A stretch of 64,000 bases of DNA from a candidate division WWE3 bacterium UBA1379 (lineage in GTDB: Bacteria; Patescibacteriota; WWE3; UBA101185; UBA10185). Within the stretch, counting starts at the first letter, position 1; each line of letters opens with the position of its first letter. The notes under the pieces are model-generated. The model saw only the letters and a program-made list of their open reading frames with translations. It did no database searches and was not told the DNA's origin. Position numbers and translations under genes: made by a program. The stretch lies in assembly GCA_002305475.1 (NCBI GenBank), contig DBRB01000019.1, forward strand, positions 56,022 to 120,021. The letters run 5' to 3'. This document shows positions 20,761 to 31,311 of the stretch, in pieces.

Positions 20761-21607
20761 CTCTTTTTTGTTCAATTAGTGAAATATAGGGAAAATTTTT
20801 TAAAACCCAGCCCACTACTTCTTCATTTTCTTCTACACTGAATGTGCATGTGGAATAGACAGCACTTCCGCCCGGTCTAAGCATTTTTAATCCTGCGGAT
20901 AGAAGTCTTTTCTGCAGCTTCGCCAATCTTATTGCGTTTTTCTTATTCCACATTTTCAGACTGTTTGGATTACAAAAACAGATTAACCCTTCATTTGTAC
21001 AGGGTGCATCTATTAATACTTTATCAAAATATTCTAAAAGCTGCGGATGATTTCTGTCAATAAACGAACCGTCCTCCATCAGCAGTTGAACGTTTTTCAC
21101 ACCTAGATTCTCAAGATTTTTCTGTAGAGCAAAAAAACGTGAACGGTTGTTTTCCACGGCAGTAATCTTTGACTGATTGTTTGAAATTTCTGCAATCTGA
21201 GAAGTCTTGCTTCCTGGTGCAGCACACAGATCCAATATCTTTTCACCGGGTTTTGGATCCAATTCAAATACAGGCAACATGCTGGACAAACGCTGGATAT
21301 ATATTTCCCCATTTTTAAATTCCGGTGTATCTGATAAACGCTTTTCTGAATTTTTAATGTAATAAGAATTATTCAAAAGAGCGGGTAAAATTTCAAAGCC
21401 TGCTTCATTAAGTTTGTTTAGTACTTTTTCAGGTTCGGCTTTAAGTGTATTTACTCTAAAAACCGTAGGCTTCTCAACCTCTATACTTTTAATAACCTCA
21501 TCTACTTCCTCTTTATATATGGTTTTCAGCTTTTCAATAAACTTTTCCTTTTTTATCTGAAGTTCATTTTCCGAATTACCGGAAGATTGTTTTTTTGACA
21601 TGGGCAT
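20702..21607 (-). CDS. rRNA cytosine-C5 methyltransferase, RsmB/RsmF (NOL1/NOP2/Sun) family
   Basis: 301 aa. SAM motif ILDLCAAPGSKT. Catalytic DAPCTNEG (DAPCSG-like) and …YSTCT… cysteine motif. Confidence 0.75.
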   Translation of the reverse strand: MPMSKKQSSGNSENELQIKKEKFIEKLKTIYKEEVDEVIKSIEVEKPTVFRVNTLKAEPEKVLNKLNEAGFEILPALLNNSYYIKNSEKRLSDTPEFKNGEIYIQRLSSMLPVFELDPKPGEKILDLCAAPGSKTSQIAEISNNQSKITAVENNRSRFFALQKNLENLGVKNVQLLMEDGSFIDRNHPQLLEYFDKVLIDAPCTNEGLICFCNPNSLKMWNKKNAIRLAKLQKRLLSAGLKMLRPGGSAVYSTCTFSVEENEEVVGWVLKNFPYISLIEQKRVIPDHLYSGFYFAKLLKQS

Positions 21608-21707
21608 ATTATACGAGGTGATTACTAATGTGTAATTTTAACGGACGTGTATTTGCAGATTAATCGAATCTACCTATATAATACAAATATCAAAAGGAAG
21701 TATTCAT

Positions 21708-22124
21708 ATGAGAATCGGAATTATCGGTAGTATGCAACATACAGAAAAAATGATTGAGCTAAAAGGTATTCTAATAGAAATGGGTCATGATGCTTTTCTA
21801 ACCAAATTGGCAGATCCTTTTATCGGTAAAACAGACGAAGAAATTGAGAAAATAAAAATTTACCAAAAACAACATATGGATGCAATAAGAGAATTTTGGA
21901 AGCAAATGCAAGGGGCGGATGCTGTACTAGTTGCTAACTACACTAAAAATGGAATTCAGAATTATATAGGAGGTAATACTTTGATGGAAATCGGTTTTGC
22001 TCATGTTCTACAGCAGAAAATATTTTTATTAAACCCAATTCCGGATATTCCATATTACAGATCTGAAATCGAAGCCGTAAACCCTGTTATTCTATATGAA
22101 GATTTAACTAAAATAAGTGTATAA
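21708..22124 (+). CDS. Nucleoside 2-deoxyribosyltransferase-like (Rossmann-like) small protein
   Basis: 138 aa. MRIGIIGSM N-terminal strand and …GGNTLMEIGFAHVLQQKIFLL… resembling the NDT catalytic-Glu region. Weak, by-eye similarity only. Confidence 0.35.
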   Translation: MRIGIIGSMQHTEKMIELKGILIEMGHDAFLTKLADPFIGKTDEEIEKIKIYQKQHMDAIREFWKQMQGADAVLVANYTKNGIQNYIGGNTLMEIGFAHVLQQKIFLLNPIPDIPYYRSEIEAVNPVILYEDLTKISV

Positions 22125-22134
22125 AAGAGTTTGT

Positions 22135-24723
22135 CTATTGCCTACCGTGGCAGTTCTTATACTTTTTACCACTACCGCACGGACACGGATCATTACGCCC
22201 AACTTTCTCTTTACTAGAAACCACACTCTCTACTTTTATTTCCCTACCGGCAGGATCCAACACTTTTACCGGATTGGTTGAAGCCGCCTGCATTTCCTCC
22301 GCTACACCTGTTTCAATTTCTCCATGCTGATAACTAGCATCAGCAGGTATTTGAAGTTTTCTCTTATCCAGTGTCTGTTCGAGCTCAGAAGCATCAACTT
22401 TCTGGATATTCTGAAGCTGGTCTAATCTTTCCCCGATTTCTCCATAGATTTTTGCAATTAGAATTTCAAAGTTTTCATGACCTTCTCTCTTATATTCCAC
22501 CATCGGGTCACGCTGGGCATAACCCCTTAACCCGATACCCTCTCTTAAGTGATCCATATCCACCAGATGCTGCATCCATAAAACATCAACCACTCTTAAA
22601 CTGACATGGGAGACAATATTCAGCCATAAGTCTTTACCCAGTCTTTCGGATAACTCATTCCATCTGTCATTCCCAAAATCGGAATTCTGATTCAGTTTCT
22701 GCAAAAACCAGTTTTCGTGTGTTAAGTCCCCTTCTCCCAGTTCCAGAATTCTTCTTCTTAGTTTATAAACAACATCTCTATGAACATTTATCACGTCATC
22801 CATTTCCACAACTTGTTTTCGTCTGTCAAAGTTAAACCCCTCAACTTTTCTCTGAGCATTCTCAATTGCCCGGCTTACTATTCCCGCTTCCAGTGGCGTA
22901 TTCTCATCCATACCAAAACGGTTCATGATGTTTTCCACCTGAGCTCCACCGAATATTCTCATCAACTCATCCTGAAGTGAGATATAGAATCTGGAAGAAC
23001 CGGGATCTCCTTGTCTTCCTGAACGTCCACGCAATTGATTGTCTATTCGTCTGGATTCATGTCTTTCAGTTCCGATCACATGCAAACCTCCAGCTTCCCT
23101 TACTTCTTCCTGCTCTTTTGGATCAGCAGGATCTCCTCCTAAAATAATATCCACCCCTCTACCTGCCATATTGGTGGATACAGTCACTGAACCTTTTCGA
23201 CCAGCCTGAGCAATAATCAATGCTTCCTTTTCATGATTTTTTGCATTTAATATTTCATGGGGAACATTTCTTCTTTTTAGGAGCTCATGTAACAGTTGGG
23301 ATTTTTCTACTGATGTTGTACCCACCAAAACCGGCTGTCCCACTTCATGCCTTTCCACAATTTCATCCGCTACCGCTCTGAATTTTGCAGCTTCTGTTTT
23401 ATACACCAGATCATTCAAATCTTTTCGAGAAGTGGGTTTATGTGTGGGTATTGCCACCACATCTAATTTATAAATCTTGTAAAACTCTTCCGCTTCCGTC
23501 ATTGCCGTACCGGTCATGCCAGCAAGTTTGGAATACATTCTGAAGTAATTCTGATAAGAGATTTCCGCCAGGGTTTTTGATTCCTGCTGAATCTCCACCC
23601 CTTCTTTTGCTTCTATTGCCTGATGGAGGCCATGTGAATATCTGTTAGACGGTAATAACCGACCGGTGAATTGATCTATAATTACCACCTTTCCGTCCTT
23701 AACTACATAATCCTTGTCTTTTTCATATAACGCCTGAGCAATCAGAGCCTGCTCAATCAAATGCACCATTTCAAAATCCTGTTCATAAAGATTTCCCACA
23801 CCAAGCATTTTTTCTACTCTTCTCACACCAAGATCAGTAAGTGTGGCATTACGGAATTTTTCATCCACATCATAATCCGTTCCTTTTAATAATGTGCGGA
23901 CAATGTTATATGCCTGATGATATCTGTCAGAAGCTTTAGCATCTGAGGTGGAAATAATCAGCGGAGTTCTAGCTACATCAATTAAGATAGAATCAACTTC
24001 ATCAACAATAGCAAAATTATGAACACCCCATTCCCCTCTCGGATTAGTCTGAACCATATCTTTGAGTCGGTGAGTCATATTATCGCGAAGATAATCAAAA
24101 CCAAATTCATGATTTGTACCGTATACAATATCGCACTGATAAGACTGTTGTCTTGGCACTTCCCTCAAATGAATTGCGTATTCATCCTGAAATTCCTGAC
24201 CTTCATATAATGGATCATAGAGAAAAGATCTTTCCTGCATAATTACCCCAACATGCAGACCTAGGTAATCATATAAAGGACCCATCCATCCCGCACCATG
24301 TCTGGACAGATAATCATTAGGAGTAACCAGGTGAACACCATTTCCGGTGAGTGCATTTAGATATAATGGAAGAGTAGCAGTTAAAGTTTTTCCTTCACCG
24401 GTTTTCTGTTCAGCAATTTTACCCTGATGCAATACAATACCCGCCATCAGCTGAACATCAAAATGTCTCATATGCAGAACTCGTTTACTAGCTTCTCTAA
24501 CCAGAGCAAAAGCTTCAGGCAAGATTTTATCCAGATACTTTTTCTGCTCCTCATCATTAAGTTCTTTCAGGTCGCTTTGCCATTTATTAGTTTTCTCCTT
24601 GATATCTTCCTCAGATAATTCAGATATCAAAGATTCAAAAGAATTTATCTTTTCCACAATCGGGCTAAGCCTACTTATTTGTTTTTCGTTTGAGTCAAAA
24701 AGGTTTTTGAACAAATTAACCAT
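22135..24723 (-). CDS. secA: Preprotein translocase ATPase SecA (start taken at internal ATG 24721-24723; the ORF extends to 24840)
   Basis: DEAD-like Walker A (…MKTGEGKTL…). SecA preprotein cross-linking and helical scaffold regions. C-terminal zinc-binding CPCGSGKKYKNCHG. The N-terminus MVNLFKNLFDSNEKQ matches the typical SecA start. Confidence 0.95.
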   Translation of the reverse strand: MVNLFKNLFDSNEKQISRLSPIVEKINSFESLISELSEEDIKEKTNKWQSDLKELNDEEQKKYLDKILPEAFALVREASKRVLHMRHFDVQLMAGIVLHQGKIAEQKTGEGKTLTATLPLYLNALTGNGVHLVTPNDYLSRHGAGWMGPLYDYLGLHVGVIMQERSFLYDPLYEGQEFQDEYAIHLREVPRQQSYQCDIVYGTNHEFGFDYLRDNMTHRLKDMVQTNPRGEWGVHNFAIVDEVDSILIDVARTPLIISTSDAKASDRYHQAYNIVRTLLKGTDYDVDEKFRNATLTDLGVRRVEKMLGVGNLYEQDFEMVHLIEQALIAQALYEKDKDYVVKDGKVVIIDQFTGRLLPSNRYSHGLHQAIEAKEGVEIQQESKTLAEISYQNYFRMYSKLAGMTGTAMTEAEEFYKIYKLDVVAIPTHKPTSRKDLNDLVYKTEAAKFRAVADEIVERHEVGQPVLVGTTSVEKSQLLHELLKRRNVPHEILNAKNHEKEALIIAQAGRKGSVTVSTNMAGRGVDIILGGDPADPKEQEEVREAGGLHVIGTERHESRRIDNQLRGRSGRQGDPGSSRFYISLQDELMRIFGGAQVENIMNRFGMDENTPLEAGIVSRAIENAQRKVEGFNFDRRKQVVEMDDVINVHRDVVYKLRRRILELGEGDLTHENWFLQKLNQNSDFGNDRWNELSERLGKDLWLNIVSHVSLRVVDVLWMQHLVDMDHLREGIGLRGYAQRDPMVEYKREGHENFEILIAKIYGEIGERLDQLQNIQKVDASELEQTLDKRKLQIPADASYQHGEIETGVAEEMQAASTNPVKVLDPAGREIKVESVVSSKEKVGRNDPCPCGSGKKYKNCHGRQ

Positions 24724-25032
24724 AACGTTTTGCATTATATCACTAATAAGTTTAGGGTTTAACCTAGTTCCACCTGTTTTTTGCTGATAAATCCTAACTA
24801 ATAAATGCAACAGGCATTGAATTATTAGATTAAATAACATGTTTTAGGAATAAACCTGGGTTAATCCTTGGAAATCCAGATGTTAAAACATATTATTTTA
24901 AGTTTGATGTAATCCATAAAAATCGAACACAAAAACTATTTATACGACAGCATTTATTGCATGCAATAAATGCTGTTAAATAAACCTTGTATTAGTAAGT
25001 AATAAAGGGATAGGACTAGGATAAACCCGAAT

Positions 25033-25842
25033 TTAGAGCAAAATAATAAGTAATACGGCTAAAGCCACACGATAAAAGATAAAAGGATATAAGCTTCTGC
25101 TTTTTAAGATAGACATTAGTATTCTGAAAGCAACAATTCCGCTTAGAAAACTGGATAGAAATCCGATTAATATCATACCCAGGTTACCGATAGTAAAATC
25201 ACTGACATTACCTATTAACTGATAAATTCCTGCTCCCAATATGATCGGTACAGACATCAAAAAAGAAAATCTGGCTGCGGTTTCCCTGTTCATCCCCGTA
25301 ATCATACCTCCCGAGATAGTAGAACCGGATCTGGAAAATCCTGGGAACAAAGCCAGGCACTGAAAAAATCCGATAATGATACCTTTACCCAGTGACAGGT
25401 ATTCCGCTTTCTTAACTCTTTTATACTGGATTTCGGCGATAACCATAAGCATACTGCCCAAAAGCAGAAACTCAATTACACTTACCGTATCCCTGAATAC
25501 TGTTTCAAAGATATCCTCAAACAGAAAACCGATAACCGCTGCGGGTATCGTACCCAATAATAATGAGATAGCGGTCAACCCATCATGATCATAGTTTTTT
25601 AAGTTAAGCTGGTTTTTTGATAAACATGATATTAATGAGAGTGTGAGTTTTTTCAGATCTTTAAAGAAATAAACAATCACTGCCAGAGCTGTTCCTAAAT
25701 GAAGGGTCGTATCAAAAAACAACGGCTGCTGCTCCCAGTTAAATATCTGAGGAAAAATTATTAAATGTCCTGAAGAAGATATGGGTAAAAATTCTGTAAG
25801 TCCCTGGACTATTCCCAGGGCCAGTGCCTGAAAAACGTTCAC
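25033..25842 (-). CDS. uppP: Undecaprenyl-diphosphatase
   Basis: 269 aa. 8 TM. GLTEFLPISSSGHL and …SRSGSTISG… signature motifs of BacA/UppP. Confidence 0.9.
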   Translation of the reverse strand: MNVFQALALGIVQGLTEFLPISSSGHLIIFPQIFNWEQQPLFFDTTLHLGTALAVIVYFFKDLKKLTLSLISCLSKNQLNLKNYDHDGLTAISLLLGTIPAAVIGFLFEDIFETVFRDTVSVIEFLLLGSMLMVIAEIQYKRVKKAEYLSLGKGIIIGFFQCLALFPGFSRSGSTISGGMITGMNRETAARFSFLMSVPIILGAGIYQLIGNVSDFTIGNLGMILIGFLSSFLSGIVAFRILMSILKSRSLYPFIFYRVALAVLLIILL

Positions 25843-26535
25843 TTAGCTCACCCTCCCATAAATCAAAATGTTGTCCGAATTTGTTCTTCCCGCTATTGTC
25901 AAAGTGTCAACATTATCAAAAAATTGCTGAACGTTCTCAATAAATTCATTCACATCATCCTGATGTTTGGACAGATATAGTCTGTTGAATACAGCCAATC
26001 CACCCGGCATAAGCATTTTTTTCAGTGAAGCAAAAAAATTCCCGGAGTTACCAAGATCCGGATATGTTTCTCCACAGAACACATCCACAATTACGGTCTG
26101 AAAGGAGTGAAGTTTCAAATCATATTTTTCCGGTTCAACAATCACTCTACAGGCATCCTCACATATAATTCTATGATTAGGAATTTCATCAATCTTGAAA
26201 AATCCCTTGGCGATATCAATCATCACCTTGTCGATTTCCACACTGACAATTCTGATGCCGGGAAAAGCACGGGAGATTAGATGCTGCATAGTTCCTCCTG
26301 CCAGACCAAGGATTAAGATACTGTTTAATTCCGGCATCTGTTCTTTTAATAGTTCTACCATTCTCCCAAACACAATCTTTTTTGCAGTATTGGAATCCCA
26401 GCTGACGGACTGTACTACACCATTGGCTACAAGTTTTAAGGTCTGGCCTACCTGCCAAACCTCAACATTTCCGTTATATTGTGAATTTGCCTGAAATATT
26501 ACTTTGGGTATCTTGAGGTTATCAAAAATACTCAT
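25843..26535 (-). CDS. Spermidine-synthase-like SAM-dependent aminopropyl/methyl-transferase (short form)
   Basis: 230 aa. ILILGLAGG (GGGDGG-like), VEIDKVMIDIAK (VEID.VI), VIVDVF…LKKMLMPGGLAV blocks resemble the SpeE fold. Lacks the N-terminal tetramerisation domain. Confidence 0.55.
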   Translation of the reverse strand: MSIFDNLKIPKVIFQANSQYNGNVEVWQVGQTLKLVANGVVQSVSWDSNTAKKIVFGRMVELLKEQMPELNSILILGLAGGTMQHLISRAFPGIRIVSVEIDKVMIDIAKGFFKIDEIPNHRIICEDACRVIVEPEKYDLKLHSFQTVIVDVFCGETYPDLGNSGNFFASLKKMLMPGGLAVFNRLYLSKHQDDVNEFIENVQQFFDNVDTLTIAGRTNSDNILIYGRVS

Positions 26536-26544
26536 GCTAATATC

Positions 26545-27819
26545 CTAACCCTTGCGTGCAATTTTTTCCATTCCAATATATTTCTGCAGTACCTCCGGCA
26601 CCATAATCGAGCCATCCTCCTGCTGATAATTCTCCATTACAGCAGCCATTAAACGGGGTGTAGCCGCCACCGTATTGTTTAATGTATGGACATATTTTAT
26701 TTTCCCGTTTTTCGTTTTATATCTGATGTTTAATCTTCTGGACTGGAAATCCAAAAAGTATGAATCGGAATGTGTTTCCCGATATTTATTCTGAGACGGG
26801 AACCAAGTTTCAACATCGTATTTCTTTCTCTGTCCGGCACCCATGTCTCCGCTACACATTAAAAGAACCTGGTAGGGAAGTTTCATACCCTGAAGAATTG
26901 ACTCCACATATCCGAGCATATTTTCATGCCACTGTCTGGATATTTCCTCATCAGCAGGAACTAGTACTACCTGTTCCACTTTATTAAACTGGTGAATTCG
27001 GAAAATTCCCCTTGTATCTTTACCGTGACTGCCAACTTCTCTTCTAAAACAAGGACTGATTCCCACCATCTTTATCGGAAGATCTTTCTCATCCAGCACC
27101 TCACCGGCATAATACGATGTTACCGGGACTTCAGCGGTTCCGATTAATGCCATTCCATCCTGTGTTCGGTAATGATCTTCCTCTCCCCAAGGGAAATATC
27201 CTGTGCCTGTAAAAAATTCAGGTTTAACCATCCAGGGAACAGTTACAGGTTCAAAACCCTGCTGCATCATAAAATCAAGAGCGTATCTTAGTATTGCCTG
27301 TTCCAGAAGGACTGCTTCATTCTTCAAAAAATATCCTCTGAAACCTCCGATTTTTGCTCCTCGTTCGGTATCGATTAAATTAAGGGATATTCCCAACTCA
27401 AGGTGATCCTTTGGCGTGAATGTGAAATTGTGCGGCTCCCCAACCGTACGAACTATCTTGTTACCTTCTTCATTTTCTCCATACGGAACATCCGAAGCGG
27501 GAGGGTTTGGTACCCATAGCATCGTTTCATCAATCTGGACTTTAAGATTCTTTAATTCCTCTTCCAACCTATTTAATTCGTTTTTTACTTCTGTTGCTTC
27601 CTGAATCAGCTTCTCCCTTGCATTATCATCTACTTTTGATATGTTTTCAGATAGCTGATTTCTTAAAGCGCGATGGGTTTCCACTTGTCTTAGAGTATCT
27701 ACATAGGATTTATCTAATTCCAGTAATTTATCAATATCTACTGTGGAGGACAGTTGTTTATCGGCAATAGCTTTTTTAACTAAATCCGGGTTTTCTCTTA
27801 TATATTTAATGTCCAGCAT
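26545..27819 (-). CDS. serS: Seryl-tRNA synthetase
   Basis: 424 aa. N-terminal coiled-coil arm. Class II motifs (…FRRE…, …GSGLAVGRTL-like…, YDVETWFP…). Confidence 0.93.
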   Translation of the reverse strand: MLDIKYIRENPDLVKKAIADKQLSSTVDIDKLLELDKSYVDTLRQVETHRALRNQLSENISKVDDNAREKLIQEATEVKNELNRLEEELKNLKVQIDETMLWVPNPPASDVPYGENEEGNKIVRTVGEPHNFTFTPKDHLELGISLNLIDTERGAKIGGFRGYFLKNEAVLLEQAILRYALDFMMQQGFEPVTVPWMVKPEFFTGTGYFPWGEEDHYRTQDGMALIGTAEVPVTSYYAGEVLDEKDLPIKMVGISPCFRREVGSHGKDTRGIFRIHQFNKVEQVVLVPADEEISRQWHENMLGYVESILQGMKLPYQVLLMCSGDMGAGQRKKYDVETWFPSQNKYRETHSDSYFLDFQSRRLNIRYKTKNGKIKYVHTLNNTVAATPRLMAAVMENYQQEDGSIMVPEVLQKYIGMEKIARKG

Positions 27820-27964
27820 AAAGGTATTTTAGTAGATTTTATGCTCTTTGCAATGTTTTTTGCCAATCTGAAACACAATTATGTCAATTATAATATTGAT
27901 CGGATATAAAAATAGCCGATTATATATAGCAATTCCCAAAACATCCTGATATAATCACCTGTGC

Positions 27965-28186
27965 ATGAATTCAACAAAGACAGTAATAATTAAAGACGGT
28001 TTGGTAAAGGAAGCCATGATGGGTGGTTTATTCAAAGTGGAATTTCCTGATGAGACTATTGCAATAGCTTCATTATCTGGTAAAATGCGTAAGTTCAAAA
28101 TAAGAATTCTCCCTGGAGACAGGGTTAAAGTGGAGTTTTCTCCACACGATCTTACACGCGGTAGAATTTCCTATCGATTAAGATAA
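27965..28186 (+). CDS. infA: Translation initiation factor IF-1
   Basis: 73 aa. S1-like OB fold. …GGLFKVEF.D…I.A..SGKMRK..IRILPGDRVKVE.SPHDLTRGRI.YR matches IF-1. Confidence 0.93.
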   Translation: MNSTKTVIIKDGLVKEAMMGGLFKVEFPDETIAIASLSGKMRKFKIRILPGDRVKVEFSPHDLTRGRISYRLR

Positions 28187-28287
28187 GTATTATTCTTAAT
28201 GAGCGGGAGGTGCAATAGCACCTTTTAATTTGGAATAGAAAAGTTAAGGTTTAGTAAGAATTTTTCTCTATAAGAGAAAGACATAAT

Positions 28288-28404
28288 ATGAAAGTACGAT
28301 CATCGATAAAACCAATTTGCAGAGAGTGTAAAATTATCAAGCGCGGGGGCGTTCTGAGAGTTATTTGTAAAAGAAACCCCAAACATAAACAAAGACAAGG
28401 ATAA
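28288..28404 (+). CDS. rpmJ: 50S ribosomal protein L36 (38 aa; absent from the ORF track because it is shorter than 60 aa)
   Basis: Translated by hand as [39 protein letters not shown]-x2-C…C-x-N/H zinc ribbon. Sits between infA and rpsM as in the spc/alpha operon. Confidence 0.9.
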   Translation: MKVRSSIKPICRECKIIKRGGVLRVICKRNPKHKQRQG

Positions 28405-28407
28405 AAT

Positions 28408-28794
28408 ATGGCACGTTTTGCAGGAACAGAAATACCGAATGATAAAAGAATAGAAGCAGGACTGACTTATATATATGGTATAGGTCCGACTCTTTCAAAG
28501 AAGATTCTGACTACTGCAGGTATTGACTTGAATACAAGAGTCCGGGATTTAACAGAAGCTGATTTTGCAAAAATTAGAACAAGTATTGCAGAATTTAACA
28601 TTCCTGTAGAGGGTGAGCTGAAAAGAATCGTTTCTCAGAATATACGAAGATTAATAGAAACAGGATCATACAGAGGTACAAGACATAAAGCGGGTCTTCC
28701 TGCGAGAGGTCAGAGAACCAGAAGCAATGCTCGAACCAGAAAAGGCAAGAAGAAGACCGTAGGAGGAATGAAGAAAAAATTAACTAAGAAATAA
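28408..28794 (+). CDS. rpsM: 30S ribosomal protein S13
   Basis: 128 aa. MARFAGTEIPNDKR…YIYGIG…. Confidence 0.95.
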   Translation: MARFAGTEIPNDKRIEAGLTYIYGIGPTLSKKILTTAGIDLNTRVRDLTEADFAKIRTSIAEFNIPVEGELKRIVSQNIRRLIETGSYRGTRHKAGLPARGQRTRSNARTRKGKKKTVGGMKKKLTKK

Positions 28795-28818
28795 TGATTA
28801 GAAATTAAAAGGAATACT

Positions 28819-29205
28819 ATGGCTACAAGAACTAGCAAAAAAACAAAAGAAAAGACAATACCAACAAGCGGAAGAGTATATATTACTGCAGGATTTAACA
28901 ATACAATTATTACCATAACTGATCCAGAAGGTAATACTCTTTTTACAGGCAGCGCGGGAAGTGCAGGTTTTAAGGGTTCAAGAAAAGCAACTCCTTATGC
29001 CGCAACCAAATCCGCAGAAGCAATTGCCGTAAAGGCTCATCAGAAGGGACTGAAAGAAGTTGCTGTGTTCGTAAAAGGTCCGGGTATGGGAAGAATTTCT
29101 TCCATTAAAGCTTTAAAAACTGCCGGACTGAATGTTGTATCAATTTCCGATGTCACACCCATTCCTCATAACGGGTGCAGACCTAAGAAAAGAAGAAGAG
29201 TATAA
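28819..29205 (+). CDS. rpsK: 30S ribosomal protein S11
   Basis: 128 aa. …[22 protein letters not shown]…[16 protein letters not shown]… is a canonical S11. Confidence 0.95.
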   Translation: MATRTSKKTKEKTIPTSGRVYITAGFNNTIITITDPEGNTLFTGSAGSAGFKGSRKATPYAATKSAEAIAVKAHQKGLKEVAVFVKGPGMGRISSIKALKTAGLNVVSISDVTPIPHNGCRPKKRRRV

Positions 29206-29208
29206 GAT

Positions 29209-29811
29209 ATGGCCAGATACAAGGACGCAAAATGCAGATTATGCCGACGAGAAGGAACAAAATTGTTTCTTAAAGGTGCCAAATGTGAAAGTGAAAAGTG
29301 TACATTGGTAAAAAGACCGCAGGCCCCAGGACAGCACGGCACATCACGAAAGAGATTATCTGAATATGGAGTTCAGTTAAGAGAAAAACAAAAAGTAAAA
29401 AGACTTTACGGTGTTTTGGAAAAACAGTTTAAGAAATATGTTGATTCATCATTAAAGTCTTCAGGAGTATCAGGTGAAATTCTGCTTCAGGAACTGGAAA
29501 AAAGACTTGATAATCTGGTGTACAGAAGCGGATTTGCTACATCCAGAGCACAAGCAAGACAGCTTATTAGATCAGGTGCATTTACGGTTAACGGTAAAAA
29601 AATTACCATTCCTTCGATGCAGTTGAACGAGGGAGATATTATAAAACCGGTCAGTTTTGATAAAATTCATCTCAGAGAAGGATTTGTAATGCCGGGATGG
29701 CTTGAAGCTAATGTTAAAGAAAAACAGGTTAAGTTTGCCAAACTTCCAACCATGGAAGATTTATCTGAAATAGTTAAGGTTCAGTTAGTTATTGAGTTCT
29801 ACTCAAGATAA
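29209..29811 (+). CDS. rpsD: 30S ribosomal protein S4
   Basis: 200 aa. MARYKDAKCRLCRREG zinc-ribbon-like N-terminus. …QLREKQK.KR.YGV.EKQF… S4 domain. Confidence 0.95.
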   Translation: MARYKDAKCRLCRREGTKLFLKGAKCESEKCTLVKRPQAPGQHGTSRKRLSEYGVQLREKQKVKRLYGVLEKQFKKYVDSSLKSSGVSGEILLQELEKRLDNLVYRSGFATSRAQARQLIRSGAFTVNGKKITIPSMQLNEGDIIKPVSFDKIHLREGFVMPGWLEANVKEKQVKFAKLPTMEDLSEIVKVQLVIEFYSR

Positions 29812-29829
29812 AAAGGAGCAATTTTTAAT

Positions 29830-30774
29830 ATGTTAGTCAACCCAAATGATTTAAAAATATCAGTCCTTTCAGAAGAAGGGAACAAGGGGGTATTTGCACT
29901 GGATCCTCTGCCTGCAGGTTTCGGTCATACTGTTGGTAATTCTTTAAAAAGAACTTTACTGACATCCCTTGAAGGTTCTGCCGTCACTCAGATAAAAATT
30001 TCCGGTGCTGATCATCAGTTCACTACGCTTAACGGTGTTAAGGAAGATGTAGTGGAAATAACTTTAAATCTGAAGAAGATCAGATTTATCAACCATTCTT
30101 CCAACCCGGTAGCTGCCACCATTAATAAAAAAGGTCCCGGTGCGGTAACAGCAGGTGATATTGAAGCATCATCCGAACTGGAAATAATTAATAAAGATCT
30201 GGTAATTGCCAATTTAAACGATAAGAATTCTACATTTAAAGCCGAACTAGTTGTAGAAAGCGGTGCCGGATACTCTCCGATGGAAGATAGACAGACTTCC
30301 AAAATCGGCGTAATCGTACTGGATGCTCTCTTTTCTCCGGTAGTGAATGCTCATTATGAAGTAGAACCTACCCGTTTTGGTAAAGTTACCGGTCTGGATA
30401 AAGTAACCTTGACTGTGGAAACAGACGGGAGCATCACCGCAAAAAGTGCCTTCATCAAAGCAGCACACATCCTGAAAGAATATTATGCTAAACTCAGTGA
30501 CTGGTCAGGTGAAACTATCGTAGAACCTGTAGAACAGACTCCTGCTTATATCGAAGCAGGAATCAAGAGTAATCGGGTAAAAGGTCATGAAGCAACTGCT
30601 GTTGAAGAGCTTCCGTTGCCTACCAGAACAATTAATGCCCTAAAGAAACAGGGTATTGAAACACTTGGTGATATTGTGAGCAAGAGTGATGACGAGCTGG
30701 CTGATATAAAAAACCTGGGTGAAAAGTCAGTTGATGAAATTAAAAAATTATTAAAGAAAGAAGGTTATAGATAA
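29830..30774 (+). CDS. rpoA: DNA-directed RNA polymerase subunit alpha
   Basis: 314 aa. N-terminal dimerisation domain (…PL..GFGHTVGNSLRR-like…). C-terminal alphaCTD helix-hairpin-helix (…LPLPTRTINALKKQGIETLGDIV…). Confidence 0.95.
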   Translation: MLVNPNDLKISVLSEEGNKGVFALDPLPAGFGHTVGNSLKRTLLTSLEGSAVTQIKISGADHQFTTLNGVKEDVVEITLNLKKIRFINHSSNPVAATINKKGPGAVTAGDIEASSELEIINKDLVIANLNDKNSTFKAELVVESGAGYSPMEDRQTSKIGVIVLDALFSPVVNAHYEVEPTRFGKVTGLDKVTLTVETDGSITAKSAFIKAAHILKEYYAKLSDWSGETIVEPVEQTPAYIEAGIKSNRVKGHEATAVEELPLPTRTINALKKQGIETLGDIVSKSDDELADIKNLGEKSVDEIKKLLKKEGYR

Positions 30775-30787
30775 CCTTTAGCAAGTC

Positions 30788-31309
30788 ATGATACATAGAG
30801 TCAAAGAAAAAAAATTAGGACGTGATGCATCACACAGAAAGGCTTTAATCAAAAACCTTTCCACTTCCTTAGTGGTGAATAAAAAAGTTGAAACCACTCT
30901 GGCTAAGGCTAAATACGTCCGACCCTATGTAGAAAGACTAATCACAAGAGCCAAAAAGGGTAATGATTTTAATACGGTAAAATTCATCAAAGGTAAACTG
31001 ACTACCAACGATGCGGTCAAAATATTGCTAGGAGAAGTAGCTCCTTTGTTTGAAAAAAGACAGGGGGGATATACAAGAATTGTTCAATTACCAGAAAGAA
31101 AAGGTGATAATGCCAAGATGGCACGACTTGAGCTGGTAATAGAAAAACCTAAAAAGACCAAAAAAGAAGAGGAAACTGAAGCAAAAACTAAAAAAAGCAC
31201 AGCAAAAAAGACCGTGAAAAAAGAAATTGAAGCTGCTCAAACAGCTGAAGAAACTATCGAAACAGAAGAAATTAAAGAAGATGTAATAGAAGAAGAGAAA
31301 GCTGAGTAA
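30788..31309 (+). CDS. rplQ: 50S ribosomal protein L17 with a K/E-rich C-terminal extension
   Basis: 173 aa. MIHRVKEKKLGRDASHRKALIKNL…TTLAKAK..RPYVE.LIT L17 core. ~55-aa low-complexity tail. Confidence 0.9.
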   Translation: MIHRVKEKKLGRDASHRKALIKNLSTSLVVNKKVETTLAKAKYVRPYVERLITRAKKGNDFNTVKFIKGKLTTNDAVKILLGEVAPLFEKRQGGYTRIVQLPERKGDNAKMARLELVIEKPKKTKKEEETEAKTKKSTAKKTVKKEIEAAQTAEETIETEEIKEDVIEEEKAE

Positions 31310-31311
31310 TT